Below the pieces are notes generated by a model. That model was not told the origin of the DNA. It saw only the letters and a list, made by a program, of their open reading frames with translations, and made no database searches. Position numbers and translations under genes: made by a program. Shown piece by piece: positions 8,230 through 18,068 of a stretch of DNA of 64,000 nucleotides. How positions within the stretch are numbered: position 1 is the stretch's first letter; the number at the start of each line of letters is the position of its first letter. This DNA comes from Thalassobaculaceae bacterium (GTDB lineage: Bacteria > Pseudomonadota > Alphaproteobacteria > Thalassobaculales > Thalassobaculaceae), in contig OZ245843.1 in NCBI GenBank assembly GCA_965228875.1, positions 4,446,616 through 4,510,615 of the forward strand, written 5' to 3'.

Positions 8230-9030
8230 TCAGGTCGGTCGCTCCGGGTCCACGGCGATCCGGTAGATATCGTCCGAAAGATCGTAGCGCTGCATGAAGC
8301 GACCGATGGACCCGAATGTCGCGGTGCGGATCTCCGTGCCGTGATCGGTGGTCACCAGGGCACCGGACAGGGCGGGCGCCAGATAGCGCTTCAGGCCGCT
8401 GATTTCTACTGGTTGAGGCTCGAAATAGGCGGCGATGTTCGCCTTGATGCGACGAGGATCGTCGGTTCGGTACAGGCTGGCCATGAGGACGTCGAGCGTG
8501 TGCTCGGTACAATTCTGGTAGGCCCGAGAAGCGGGGTTCGCCAGCACTGCATAGCGCGGATTGTGCAGGGCGCCGTAGACGGGCCCACCGATGACTCCCA
8601 GCAGCTTCTCCTGCAGAGCGGGCTTTGGAATGATGATACCGGCATCGAGGCTATGGGCGCCGGCGAAGAAGTCGGTCGGACTGTCTTCGATCAGCCGGCT
8701 GCGCGTCCGGTCATCGTCGAATTGGTAGAGGTTATAGACCCGGTAGCCGGTCGTGCTGGTGCCGTCGGCATTCAGGATCCGGGAGTAGACCCAATACGCG
8801 ACGTGGGTATAGGCGATGCCCTCGGGCAGGGTCGTCGGATCCCGGCCGACGCGGCCGACGATGGCGACATGGGCGCCTCGGGTGGCAAGATCCTGCTCCA
8901 CACCCGTGGCGAAGGCGGTCACTTCCGCGATCGGGTGTTTCGGGTCGGTGGCCTCGCTGCTTCCGGCGCTCGCCAGACTGGGCATCGCGATCGCCAACAG
9001 CATCGCTATCCCCGGCAGAAACCGTTTCAT
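8230..9030 (-). CDS. DUF2145 family exported protein
   Basis: Signal peptide MKRFLPG..SLASA; 'AIVGRVGRD', 'YTHVAY', 'YQNCTEHTLDVL'; RBS GAGGAG. Confidence 0.75.
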   Translation of the reverse strand: MKRFLPGIAMLLAIAMPSLASAGSSEATDPKHPIAEVTAFATGVEQDLATRGAHVAIVGRVGRDPTTLPEGIAYTHVAYWVYSRILNADGTSTTGYRVYNLYQFDDDRTRSRLIEDSPTDFFAGAHSLDAGIIIPKPALQEKLLGVIGGPVYGALHNPRYAVLANPASRAYQNCTEHTLDVLMASLYRTDDPRRIKANIAAYFEPQPVEISGLKRYLAPALSGALVTTDHGTEIRTATFGSIGRFMQRYDLSDDIYRIAVDPERPT

Positions 9031-9081
9031 GCGCGTTCTCCTCAACGGGTCATGGTCCTGGTGGCGGTGCTGGCCCGTACT

Positions 9082-9444
9082 TCAATCGAGGCGGGGCGCG
9101 GCGTCGGGGCGCACGGGTTCGACCGCCTTTGTCTTGGTGGTCGGCCCGTTGGAGAGGTCGATGCTCGACCTGATCAGGCCGCTGCCCGCCTGGGTGCTGG
9201 CATTGCCGACGGCATCGAACCCGGCACCTGCAGCCGACAGGGCCACCCCGGACACCGCTACGGGCACCGACATGACGACGCCGGCACCCGTCGCGATGGC
9301 GGCGGAGCCGTGGCTGACGGCCCGGGCGCTGTGGTCCGAGGCGGCGCCGGAGTGGCGGCCACTCTCGCCGGCCGCGGCGGGACCCGATGTCAGGGAGAAG
9401 AAGATGGCGGCAGTGGCGAGAAGGCTGGTGGCAAAGCGTTTCAT
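9082..9444 (-). CDS. Small exported Ala/Ser/Gly-rich hypothetical protein
   Basis: Signal peptide MKRFATSLLATAAIFF..AAA; RBS AAGGAG; co-directional with DUF2145. Confidence 0.7.
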   Translation of the reverse strand: MKRFATSLLATAAIFFSLTSGPAAAGESGRHSGAASDHSARAVSHGSAAIATGAGVVMSVPVAVSGVALSAAGAGFDAVGNASTQAGSGLIRSSIDLSNGPTTKTKAVEPVRPDAAPRLD

Positions 9445-9459
9445 GGTTGGGCTCCTTTT

Positions 9460-9528
9460 ATGAACAATGTTCACAAAAGATGTGCTTCCGAGCGCTCAGC
9501 CGCAAGCAAAAAATGAACACCGTTCACA
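9460..9528 (-). promoter_or_regulatory. Promoter with two palindromic operators (TGAAC-N3-GTTCA)
   Basis: ATGAACAATGTTCACA (9460-9475) and ATGAACACCGTTCACA (9513-9528) flank a minus-strand TTGCGG-N17-CATCTT (9505-9477). Confidence 0.7.
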
Positions 9529-9754
9529 TTATTCGACGGGATAATTCTAATGCATTGATTAATATGAATTATGCTTTCTTGCGGAAGGCTGGAACCACGC
9601 GGCTTGTGTCTGGGCGGCCGCGGCGCCGGCTGCCCGGAGCCGCGCAACACCGCTCGAAGTAGGCCTTCGGCGCGTTCGCCTCTACCGCCCGAATTTGCTA
9701 AAATATTCGTTCGCGGGTACAACCCGCGCACTTCCATCATACGAGGCCTGCGCC

Positions 9755-11893
<2,139 letters not shown>

Positions 11894-11953
11894 AACGCTC
11901 CGGTGACGTGTCTTGGCGCGCCGGCCGCCGGGCGCCGCTGTCAGTCGTAGCCG

Positions 11954-12124
11954 TCAGTCGATCACGTCGCCGCAGGTCTCGAGCGCGCCGCCGACAACCC
12001 CACCGATGATCGGCACCGTGGAGATCACGGCGCCGCTGACCTTGCAGGGAGCCGCCGCCGCGGCGCAGCCGGAGAGCAGAGCGGCGACGAAGAGGGCGGC
12101 GAGAGGTCTTGCGATCGACGGCAT
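11954..12124 (-). CDS. Small lipoprotein (DUF6726-like)
   Basis: 56 aa, lipobox LLSGC, then 'AAPCKVSGAVISTVPIIGGVV...TCGDVID'. Confidence 0.7.
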   Translation of the reverse strand: MPSIARPLAALFVAALLSGCAAAAAPCKVSGAVISTVPIIGGVVGGALETCGDVID

Positions 12125-12219
12125 AAGGGCTCTCCAGGGTATCGGGTCGTGTCGCGGCAGTGTGTGCCGAACCGCGGTCGGACGGAAGTCCATCGTCGAT
12201 CCGAGGTCGGGTGGGCGGT

Positions 12220-12879
12220 TCAACCGTTGTCCCGCTTCACGATGCGTCCGTCGTCCAGGACAACGGTGTCCATCGGGACATCCCACGGCATCGGGAAGAT
12301 CGTCGCGATGGCGCTGAACGCGAAGCCGACGCCGATGATCCGAGGGCGCGGCTCGATGCGGACCAGCGTCCGGTCGTAGTAGCCGCCGCCGTTGCCGAGC
12401 CGGTAACAGGCCGCGTCGACCCCGAGCAACGGAACGACGACCGTATCGGGACATCCGACCGGAGTGCCGTCGGGGACCGGTATATTCCAGACGCCCCGGG
12501 TCATGCGCGTGTCCGGCTGCCAGTGCCGGAAGGTCAGCGGCTGTCCCTTCTCCTCGACCACCGGAAGGAGAATGCGGGCACCGGCGGTGTGGGCGTCCCG
12601 CATCCAGGGGCGCAGGTCCGGCTCGCCGCGGATCGGCCAGTAGACGGCGACGGTTCGGCCGCCGGGATCGCCGGCCGCCCGGCGCAGACCGTCGGCGATG
12701 GCATCGGTGCGGGACCGGCGCTCGTCGACCGGAACCGCCTTGCGCAACACGTAGAGCCTCTGACGTTCGGCCCGACGGAACCGGGCGACGTCCCGGGCGG
12801 TCTCGCAGTCGACCGGATGGCCGTCGACCAGACGGTGGGCGAGGCAGGGATCCTCTCCGCCGGCGGTCGCCTCGGCCAT
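12220..12879 (-). CDS. 5-formyltetrahydrofolate cyclo-ligase family protein
   Basis: 'VAVYWPIRGEPD', 'VVVPLLGVD...RLGNGGGYYDRTL', 'PWDVPMD'. Confidence 0.9.
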   Translation of the reverse strand: MAEATAGGEDPCLAHRLVDGHPVDCETARDVARFRRAERQRLYVLRKAVPVDERRSRTDAIADGLRRAAGDPGGRTVAVYWPIRGEPDLRPWMRDAHTAGARILLPVVEEKGQPLTFRHWQPDTRMTRGVWNIPVPDGTPVGCPDTVVVPLLGVDAACYRLGNGGGYYDRTLVRIEPRPRIIGVGFAFSAIATIFPMPWDVPMDTVVLDDGRIVKRDNG

Positions 12880-12940
12880 CGTCAGCCTCCTGTTCTCCTC
12901 TGCCCGCCGCCCCGGTGGCGGCGGGGCCTTCTCCCGGCGG

Positions 12941-14521
12941 CTACAGGAACACGGTCGTGATCTCCGGCACCAGCAGGATCAGCGCCAGGATCATGAGCTG
13001 AATGCAGATGAACGGCAGGAATCCCCGGAAGATGTCGGTCAGCGAGATGTGCGGTGGCGCCACCGATTTCAGATAGAAGGCAGCCGGTCCGAAGGGAGGC
13101 GACAGGAAACTGACCTGCATGTTCACGCAGAACAGAATACCGAACCACACCTTCACCAGGGTCTGGCTGTCCAGTCCGCCGGTCAGGCCGAGCTCTTCCA
13201 TCGGCATCTTCAGGACGATCGGCAGGAAGACGGGCATGACCAGCAGCACGATGCCGGTCCAGTCCATGAACGCACCGAGGAACAGGAAGATCACCATCAT
13301 GACCAGCAGCACGCCCATGGTCGGCAGGTCGTAGCCGACGATCAGGTTGGCGACGTAGGTCGGCCCGCCGGCAATGGTGTAGGCCCCGGCCAGCGCGGTC
13401 GCGCCGAACGTCACCCAGATGATGGTGCCGGTCGACTTGAAGGTGCGCATCGAGGCTTCCTGCAGAAGCTGGAAGGAGAACTCGCCACGCAGAATGATGA
13501 GGACCAGGACGGCGATGGATCCCATGCCGGCCGCCTCGGTGATGCCGGTGATGCCGCCGTAGATCGAGCCGAGCACGACGACGACGATCATCAGCGGCGC
13601 GACCAGGCCCTTGCCCTTCTGCCAGGCGTCGACCGCCGCTTCGCGGCCGACCCACAACAGCAGGTAGCCGAGGCAGACGGCGGCGATCGCCGCGGCGACC
13701 GACAGCGACTGCGCGTCGACCAGCGAGGTCTCCTCCTCGATCGAGCCGAGCCCGTAGAGCACGCCGCCGCGCACCACCACCAGGGCGGCGGCGCCGCCGA
13801 CCATCATGGCGATGAGGCTGAGCCCCATCATCGATTTCTCGCGCGTGGTCGGGTCGTCCGGCGCGGGCTCCGGCAGCGGAGCCTGCTCCGGATACATCCG
13901 GGTACGGACCAGGATGTAGACGATGTAACAGCCGGCCAGAATGAAGCCGGGCAGGAAGGCGGCCTGGAACAGGGCGTGGATCGAGGTCTCGGTGATGAGG
14001 CCGTAGAAGATCAGCACGATCGAAGGCGGAATCATGGTGCCGAGCGACCCGGACGCGCAGATCGTGCCGACCGCCAGGTTCTGGTCGTAGCCCAGACGCA
14101 GCATCTGCGGCAGGGCGATCAGACCGAGCAGCACCACCTCGCCGCCGATGATGCCGGACATCGCCGCCATGACGATCGCCATCAGCGCGGTCACCACGGC
14201 GATGCCGCCGCGGGTCCGCGAGAGCCAGATGTTGAGCGTCGAGTACATGTCCCGGGCGATGCCCGAGCGTTCCAGCAGCGTCGCCATGAAGATGAACAGC
14301 GGCACCGAGACCAGCACGTAGTTGGTCGTGATGCCGTAGAGCCGCTGGGCCAGGATGTTCAGCGGGCCGGTGCCGAACGTGGAGAACAGCAGGTCCGGGC
14401 CGAACTTGAGCACCATGACGACGACGGCGAGAAAGCCGGACGCGAAGCCGAGGGGCATGCCGATGGCGAGCAGCGCCAGCATGCCGAACAGCAGGATCAG
14501 CGAGATCGTCCCGATATCCAT
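12941..14521 (-). CDS. dctM: TRAP transporter large permease DctM
   Basis: 'SVPLFIFMATLLERSGIA', 'GSLGTMIPPSI', 'SFLSPPFG'. Confidence 0.95.
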   Translation of the reverse strand: MDIGTISLILLFGMLALLAIGMPLGFASGFLAVVVMVLKFGPDLLFSTFGTGPLNILAQRLYGITTNYVLVSVPLFIFMATLLERSGIARDMYSTLNIWLSRTRGGIAVVTALMAIVMAAMSGIIGGEVVLLGLIALPQMLRLGYDQNLAVGTICASGSLGTMIPPSIVLIFYGLITETSIHALFQAAFLPGFILAGCYIVYILVRTRMYPEQAPLPEPAPDDPTTREKSMMGLSLIAMMVGGAAALVVVRGGVLYGLGSIEEETSLVDAQSLSVAAAIAAVCLGYLLLWVGREAAVDAWQKGKGLVAPLMIVVVVLGSIYGGITGITEAAGMGSIAVLVLIILRGEFSFQLLQEASMRTFKSTGTIIWVTFGATALAGAYTIAGGPTYVANLIVGYDLPTMGVLLVMMVIFLFLGAFMDWTGIVLLVMPVFLPIVLKMPMEELGLTGGLDSQTLVKVWFGILFCVNMQVSFLSPPFGPAAFYLKSVAPPHISLTDIFRGFLPFICIQLMILALILLVPEITTVFL

Positions 14522-14533
14522 GGATTGATGTCC

Positions 14534-15100
14534 TCAGTCCGCTCGATGGGTCGGGTCGGGCCGGTCGAGATCCGGCAGGTCGACCTCGTCGGCCGGGTCG
14601 TGGGACACCGGTTCCCTGTTCCAGTCGAAGATCAGGTTCGAGACCGACTGCAGGGCCAGCAGCACGAGCGTGATCAGAATCAGCGGTTTGATGGTCGCCG
14701 GGATTGGCGGGTCGAAGGCCGTGCCGAAGGTCTCCCAGCGCAGGAACTTGGCCTTGGCCTCGCCGAAACCGCCCCAAACGACGGCGAAGGCGAAGATGCA
14801 GACGCAGATCACCGACAGGGAGTCGAACACCCGGCGCAGCCAGCGCGGCGCCATGTCGTAGAGGATGAAGATGCGGATGTGGCTGCGCTGCTGCAGGGCG
14901 TAGAGCCCGGCCGTCAGATAGATTCCGCCGCCCACCCAGAGCGACATCTCGTTCACCCACAGCGTCGGCGCCAGAAAGACGTACCGAACCACCACTTCGT
15001 AGAAGATGATCGCGACGATGAAGGCCGGTGCCCACATTGCGATCCGGCTGAACGTCCAGGTGAACCAGTCCAGCGGACCGGTCCGTTCATGCTCGACCAT
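14534..15100 (-). CDS. dctQ: TRAP transporter small permease DctQ
   Basis: 'YEVVVRYVFLAPTLWVNE', 'HIRI', four TM helices. Confidence 0.92.
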   Translation of the reverse strand: MVEHERTGPLDWFTWTFSRIAMWAPAFIVAIIFYEVVVRYVFLAPTLWVNEMSLWVGGGIYLTAGLYALQQRSHIRIFILYDMAPRWLRRVFDSLSVICVCIFAFAVVWGGFGEAKAKFLRWETFGTAFDPPIPATIKPLILITLVLLALQSVSNLIFDWNREPVSHDPADEVDLPDLDRPDPTHRAD

Positions 15101-15152
15101 GGTCGACTCCTTGGATACTCCCGATGCCCGTCGGCGCGGGTGGCCGGACGGA

Positions 15153-15187
15153 CCGGCGGGCGGACCCGGAACCGGGCCGCCCGCCGG
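15153..15187 (-). terminator. Intercistronic GC-rich hairpin after dctP
   Basis: CCGGCGGGCGG-A-CCCG/GAAC/CGGG-CCGCCCGCCGG, about 15-bp stem with one bulge, between the binding-protein and permease genes. Confidence 0.55.
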
Positions 15188-15210
15188 GGCGTGTCGTCAG
15201 GCTGGGAGCC

Positions 15211-16236
15211 TTACTCCTGAACCAGACCCAGCTGGCGCAGATAGGTCAGGTGGCTCTCGACCAGGGCCTTGGCCTCCGGCGTCGTCGCGAAGTCGACCCA
15301 CGCGGCCTGGGCGGCGTTGCGGAACTTCTGCAGGTCCTCGTCCGACCAGGCGTACAGGGTGACGCCCTTCGACTTCAGGTCGGCAGCCGCCTCGGCGTTC
15401 TTCTTCTCGAAGGTCAGGGCGGTGCGCAGGGCGAGCGCCTCCATGGCCACCGACATGATCCGGCGATGACGCTCCGGCATGCCGTCCCAGCGGGCCTTGT
15501 TGCAGGCGAGGTGGTCGGACGGCATGGAGTGGAAGCCGGGGTAGTTGGCGTGCTTCACGAGGTCATACAGGCCGAGCGACTGGTTGTTCGCCAGACCCGA
15601 GGCGTCGGCACCGTCGATGATGCCGGATTCCAGCGCGGTGAAGATCTCGGTGAAGTCCATCACGATCGGCTTGGCGCCGAGGTTCTCGAAGATCTTCGTC
15701 TCCATGCCCGGCGGCGAGCGGAACTTCCAGTCCTTGAAATCTTCCGCGTTGCGGATCGGCTTGGACGAGGCCAGGGACTCCTGCCCGTAGACCCACCAGC
15801 CGACCAGCTGCATGTCGAACTTGTTGTACAGCGCCTGGGCCGCGTCGAGGCCGCCGCCGTAGTACAGCCACGAGAGCTGCTGATACGGGGTCGAGTAGCC
15901 GCCCATGATGTCGCCGACGAACTGGAACGCCGGGTTCTTGCCGGTCTGATAGGCGCCGCCGGTCATGTCGCAGTCGAGAATGCCGGTCGCCGCGGCGTCG
16001 AAGGTCTCCACCGACTTCACGACGGAGGACGAGTAGAACATCTCGATCTGGATTTCGCCGTTCGACATGGTCTGCACGTCATCGACGTACTGGGCGGCGA
16101 GCTTGCCCGACACCGTTTCCGGCGCGTAGTGGGTCTGAATGCGCAGAGACGTGGTCTCCGCCATGGCAGCGGTGCTGAGGCCCGCCGCCAACAGCGCGGC
16201 CGATACGGCCGGCGCCAGCTTAGCAATCATCTTCAT
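15211..16236 (-). CDS. dctP: TRAP transporter periplasmic binding protein DctP
   Basis: Signal peptide, 'MSNGEIQIEMF', 'KFRSPPG' with the conserved Arg, 'EIFTALESGIIDG'; RBS GGGAGG. Confidence 0.93.
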   Translation of the reverse strand: MKMIAKLAPAVSAALLAAGLSTAAMAETTSLRIQTHYAPETVSGKLAAQYVDDVQTMSNGEIQIEMFYSSSVVKSVETFDAAATGILDCDMTGGAYQTGKNPAFQFVGDIMGGYSTPYQQLSWLYYGGGLDAAQALYNKFDMQLVGWWVYGQESLASSKPIRNAEDFKDWKFRSPPGMETKIFENLGAKPIVMDFTEIFTALESGIIDGADASGLANNQSLGLYDLVKHANYPGFHSMPSDHLACNKARWDGMPERHRRIMSVAMEALALRTALTFEKKNAEAAADLKSKGVTLYAWSDEDLQKFRNAAQAAWVDFATTPEAKALVESHLTYLRQLGLVQE

Positions 16237-16588
16237 CAGTTCCTCCCAAGTCACGGCCGGATGTTCCGGCTTACGAGTTCGTTCTACGGTTGTGGTGCGT
16301 GCGGACCGCAGCGCGCCGCTGACGACTGTGACCGCAGACAATCAACCGACCAACCGAAGTAAGCCCGACTTTGTGGGCACCGCCTGGGAACGTCAAGCGA
16401 TAGGCCGCTTATATGACTAATTTTCCATCCCACACGACGTGGCGCCCCGCGCGGTCCACCGTGCAGGGGCCGACCGATAAAGGTTTCGTCTGCTGGGCGC
16501 GCGTCGATTGGCGGTCGGACAGAGGGTGCGACGCTGGAAGGTCATATGTTCTGGTTTGTTGATAATAGAACATCGCGGATCGACATGA

Positions 16589-18028
16589 CTAAAGCCGACG
16601 GCCGGTCTCCGTCCCGGCATTCGCCAGGTCCATCAGGTCGCGGGCAATGGCGGCGAAGACGCTCGGCCAGTCGCCAGGTGCTGGCTGTCGGTACAGGCGC
16701 GCCGTCGGATACCACGGGCTGTCGGCACGGCCGGTCATCCATCGCCAGTCGGCGTTGCGTGCCAGGGCGATCCAGACGGGGCGGCCCAGCGCACCCGCCA
16801 GATGCGCGGTCGACGTACAGGTCGTGATGATCAAGTCGAGCCGTTCCATGGCGATCGCGGTATCGACGAAGCTCCCTATCCGCCGGTTCAGCCGGATAAC
16901 CGTCGGCGGTGCGGTGTCCGCCGCCGCCTCGGCCGCCCCTTTCTGCAGGCAATGGAACCGCACGCCCGGAATGGCGAGGACGTCATCCCAGTCGGCGATC
17001 CGGGTCGAGCGGTCCCGGTCGCCGGGGTAGTCCGGGTTGCCGGCGAAGACGAAGCCGACATTGAGGGTGCCGGGCGCGATCTCCGGGGTCTCGAATGCCG
17101 CCCCCGGCGGAACGGACAGATAGGGCGTGTCCGTCGACAGATCGGCCTCGCTGGCGACACCGAGAGCGTGGGGCAGGGACAGCAGGGGCATATGGAGGTC
17201 GATGGGCGGTCGCCGGGCGCCGAGGGCGATGACCCGGTCGATGCCGGGCAGTCTTTCGAGCAACGGAATCAGCTCGGGTCGACTTTCCAGGATCAGCCTG
17301 CCGTCTCGACCTTTGCGCCGGGCGGCGCGCGGCAGGAACCGGGCGAACTGCAGGGCGTCGCCGAAGCCCTGCTCGGCGGAGACGAACAGGGTCCGGCCGT
17401 CGAACGGGCCGCCGTCCCACTGCGGAACGGCGAAGCTGCGTCGTTTCGGGCTGTACCGGTCGCCGTGCCAGCGCGCCTCGAAGGCGGCGAAGCCGTCGCG
17501 CAGGCGCCCCGCCTTCAGGAGCGCCATGGACAGGTTCCAGCGCAGTGTGGCGTCGTTCGGCGCGATCGCCATGGCGCGGCGGTACAGGTGGGCGGCCACG
17601 TCCAGCCGGTCGCCGAGTCGCAGGAGGTTGGCGAGGTTGCGCAGCGCCGTCGGGTCGTTCGGGGCGAGGCAGAGGGCGCGGCGGAAGGCTCCCAGCGCCC
17701 GCGCGCCGTCGCCGAGTTCCCGCCATGCCGCGCCGAGGTTCGAGTACAGGGCCGATCGCGGTCCGAAATGGATGAGGCCTCGCCGAAAGGCAGCGGCGGC
17801 GGCTTCGAACCGGCCGGCTCGGAACAGCAGATTGGCGTAAAGGAGCTCGCTGTCCCTGTCGCCCGGATCGAGCGTCAGCGCGCGCCTGTAGACGAGCGCG
17901 GCATGGCCCGCATTCCCCGACCGTTCCAGCGTCAGGGCCAGAGCCTTTCGCGATCGACGCCCGTCGGGACCGGTCCGCCAGAGAGCGTCCGGCGCGCCCT
18001 GGCGGACGGCCGGGAGTCGATCCGTCAT
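16589..18028 (-). CDS. TPR-repeat glycosyltransferase (GT-B, GT9-like C-terminus)
   Basis: TPR repeats, 'AEQGFGDALQFARF', 'LDLIITTCTSTAHLAGALGRPVW', 'DSPWYPTARLYRQ'. Confidence 0.88.
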   Translation of the reverse strand: MTDRLPAVRQGAPDALWRTGPDGRRSRKALALTLERSGNAGHAALVYRRALTLDPGDRDSELLYANLLFRAGRFEAAAAAFRRGLIHFGPRSALYSNLGAAWRELGDGARALGAFRRALCLAPNDPTALRNLANLLRLGDRLDVAAHLYRRAMAIAPNDATLRWNLSMALLKAGRLRDGFAAFEARWHGDRYSPKRRSFAVPQWDGGPFDGRTLFVSAEQGFGDALQFARFLPRAARRKGRDGRLILESRPELIPLLERLPGIDRVIALGARRPPIDLHMPLLSLPHALGVASEADLSTDTPYLSVPPGAAFETPEIAPGTLNVGFVFAGNPDYPGDRDRSTRIADWDDVLAIPGVRFHCLQKGAAEAAADTAPPTVIRLNRRIGSFVDTAIAMERLDLIITTCTSTAHLAGALGRPVWIALARNADWRWMTGRADSPWYPTARLYRQPAPGDWPSVFAAIARDLMDLANAGTETGRRL

Positions 18029-18068
18029 GGCTGCGTCGGCACAGGGCGTTCCGCCGTGGCGGTCGGAG

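Noticed and set aside
9460..9528. LexA/SOS box or CRISPR repeat interpretation of the GAAC...GTTC repeats
   Set aside because: Spacing is N3, not the N4 Firmicute box or the alphaproteobacterial GTTC-N7-GTTC direct repeat. There are only two 16-bp copies and no cas genes.
12880..12940. 6S RNA upstream of the 5-formyl-THF cyclo-ligase
   Set aside because: Only 61 nt separate it from dctM, too short for 6S RNA.
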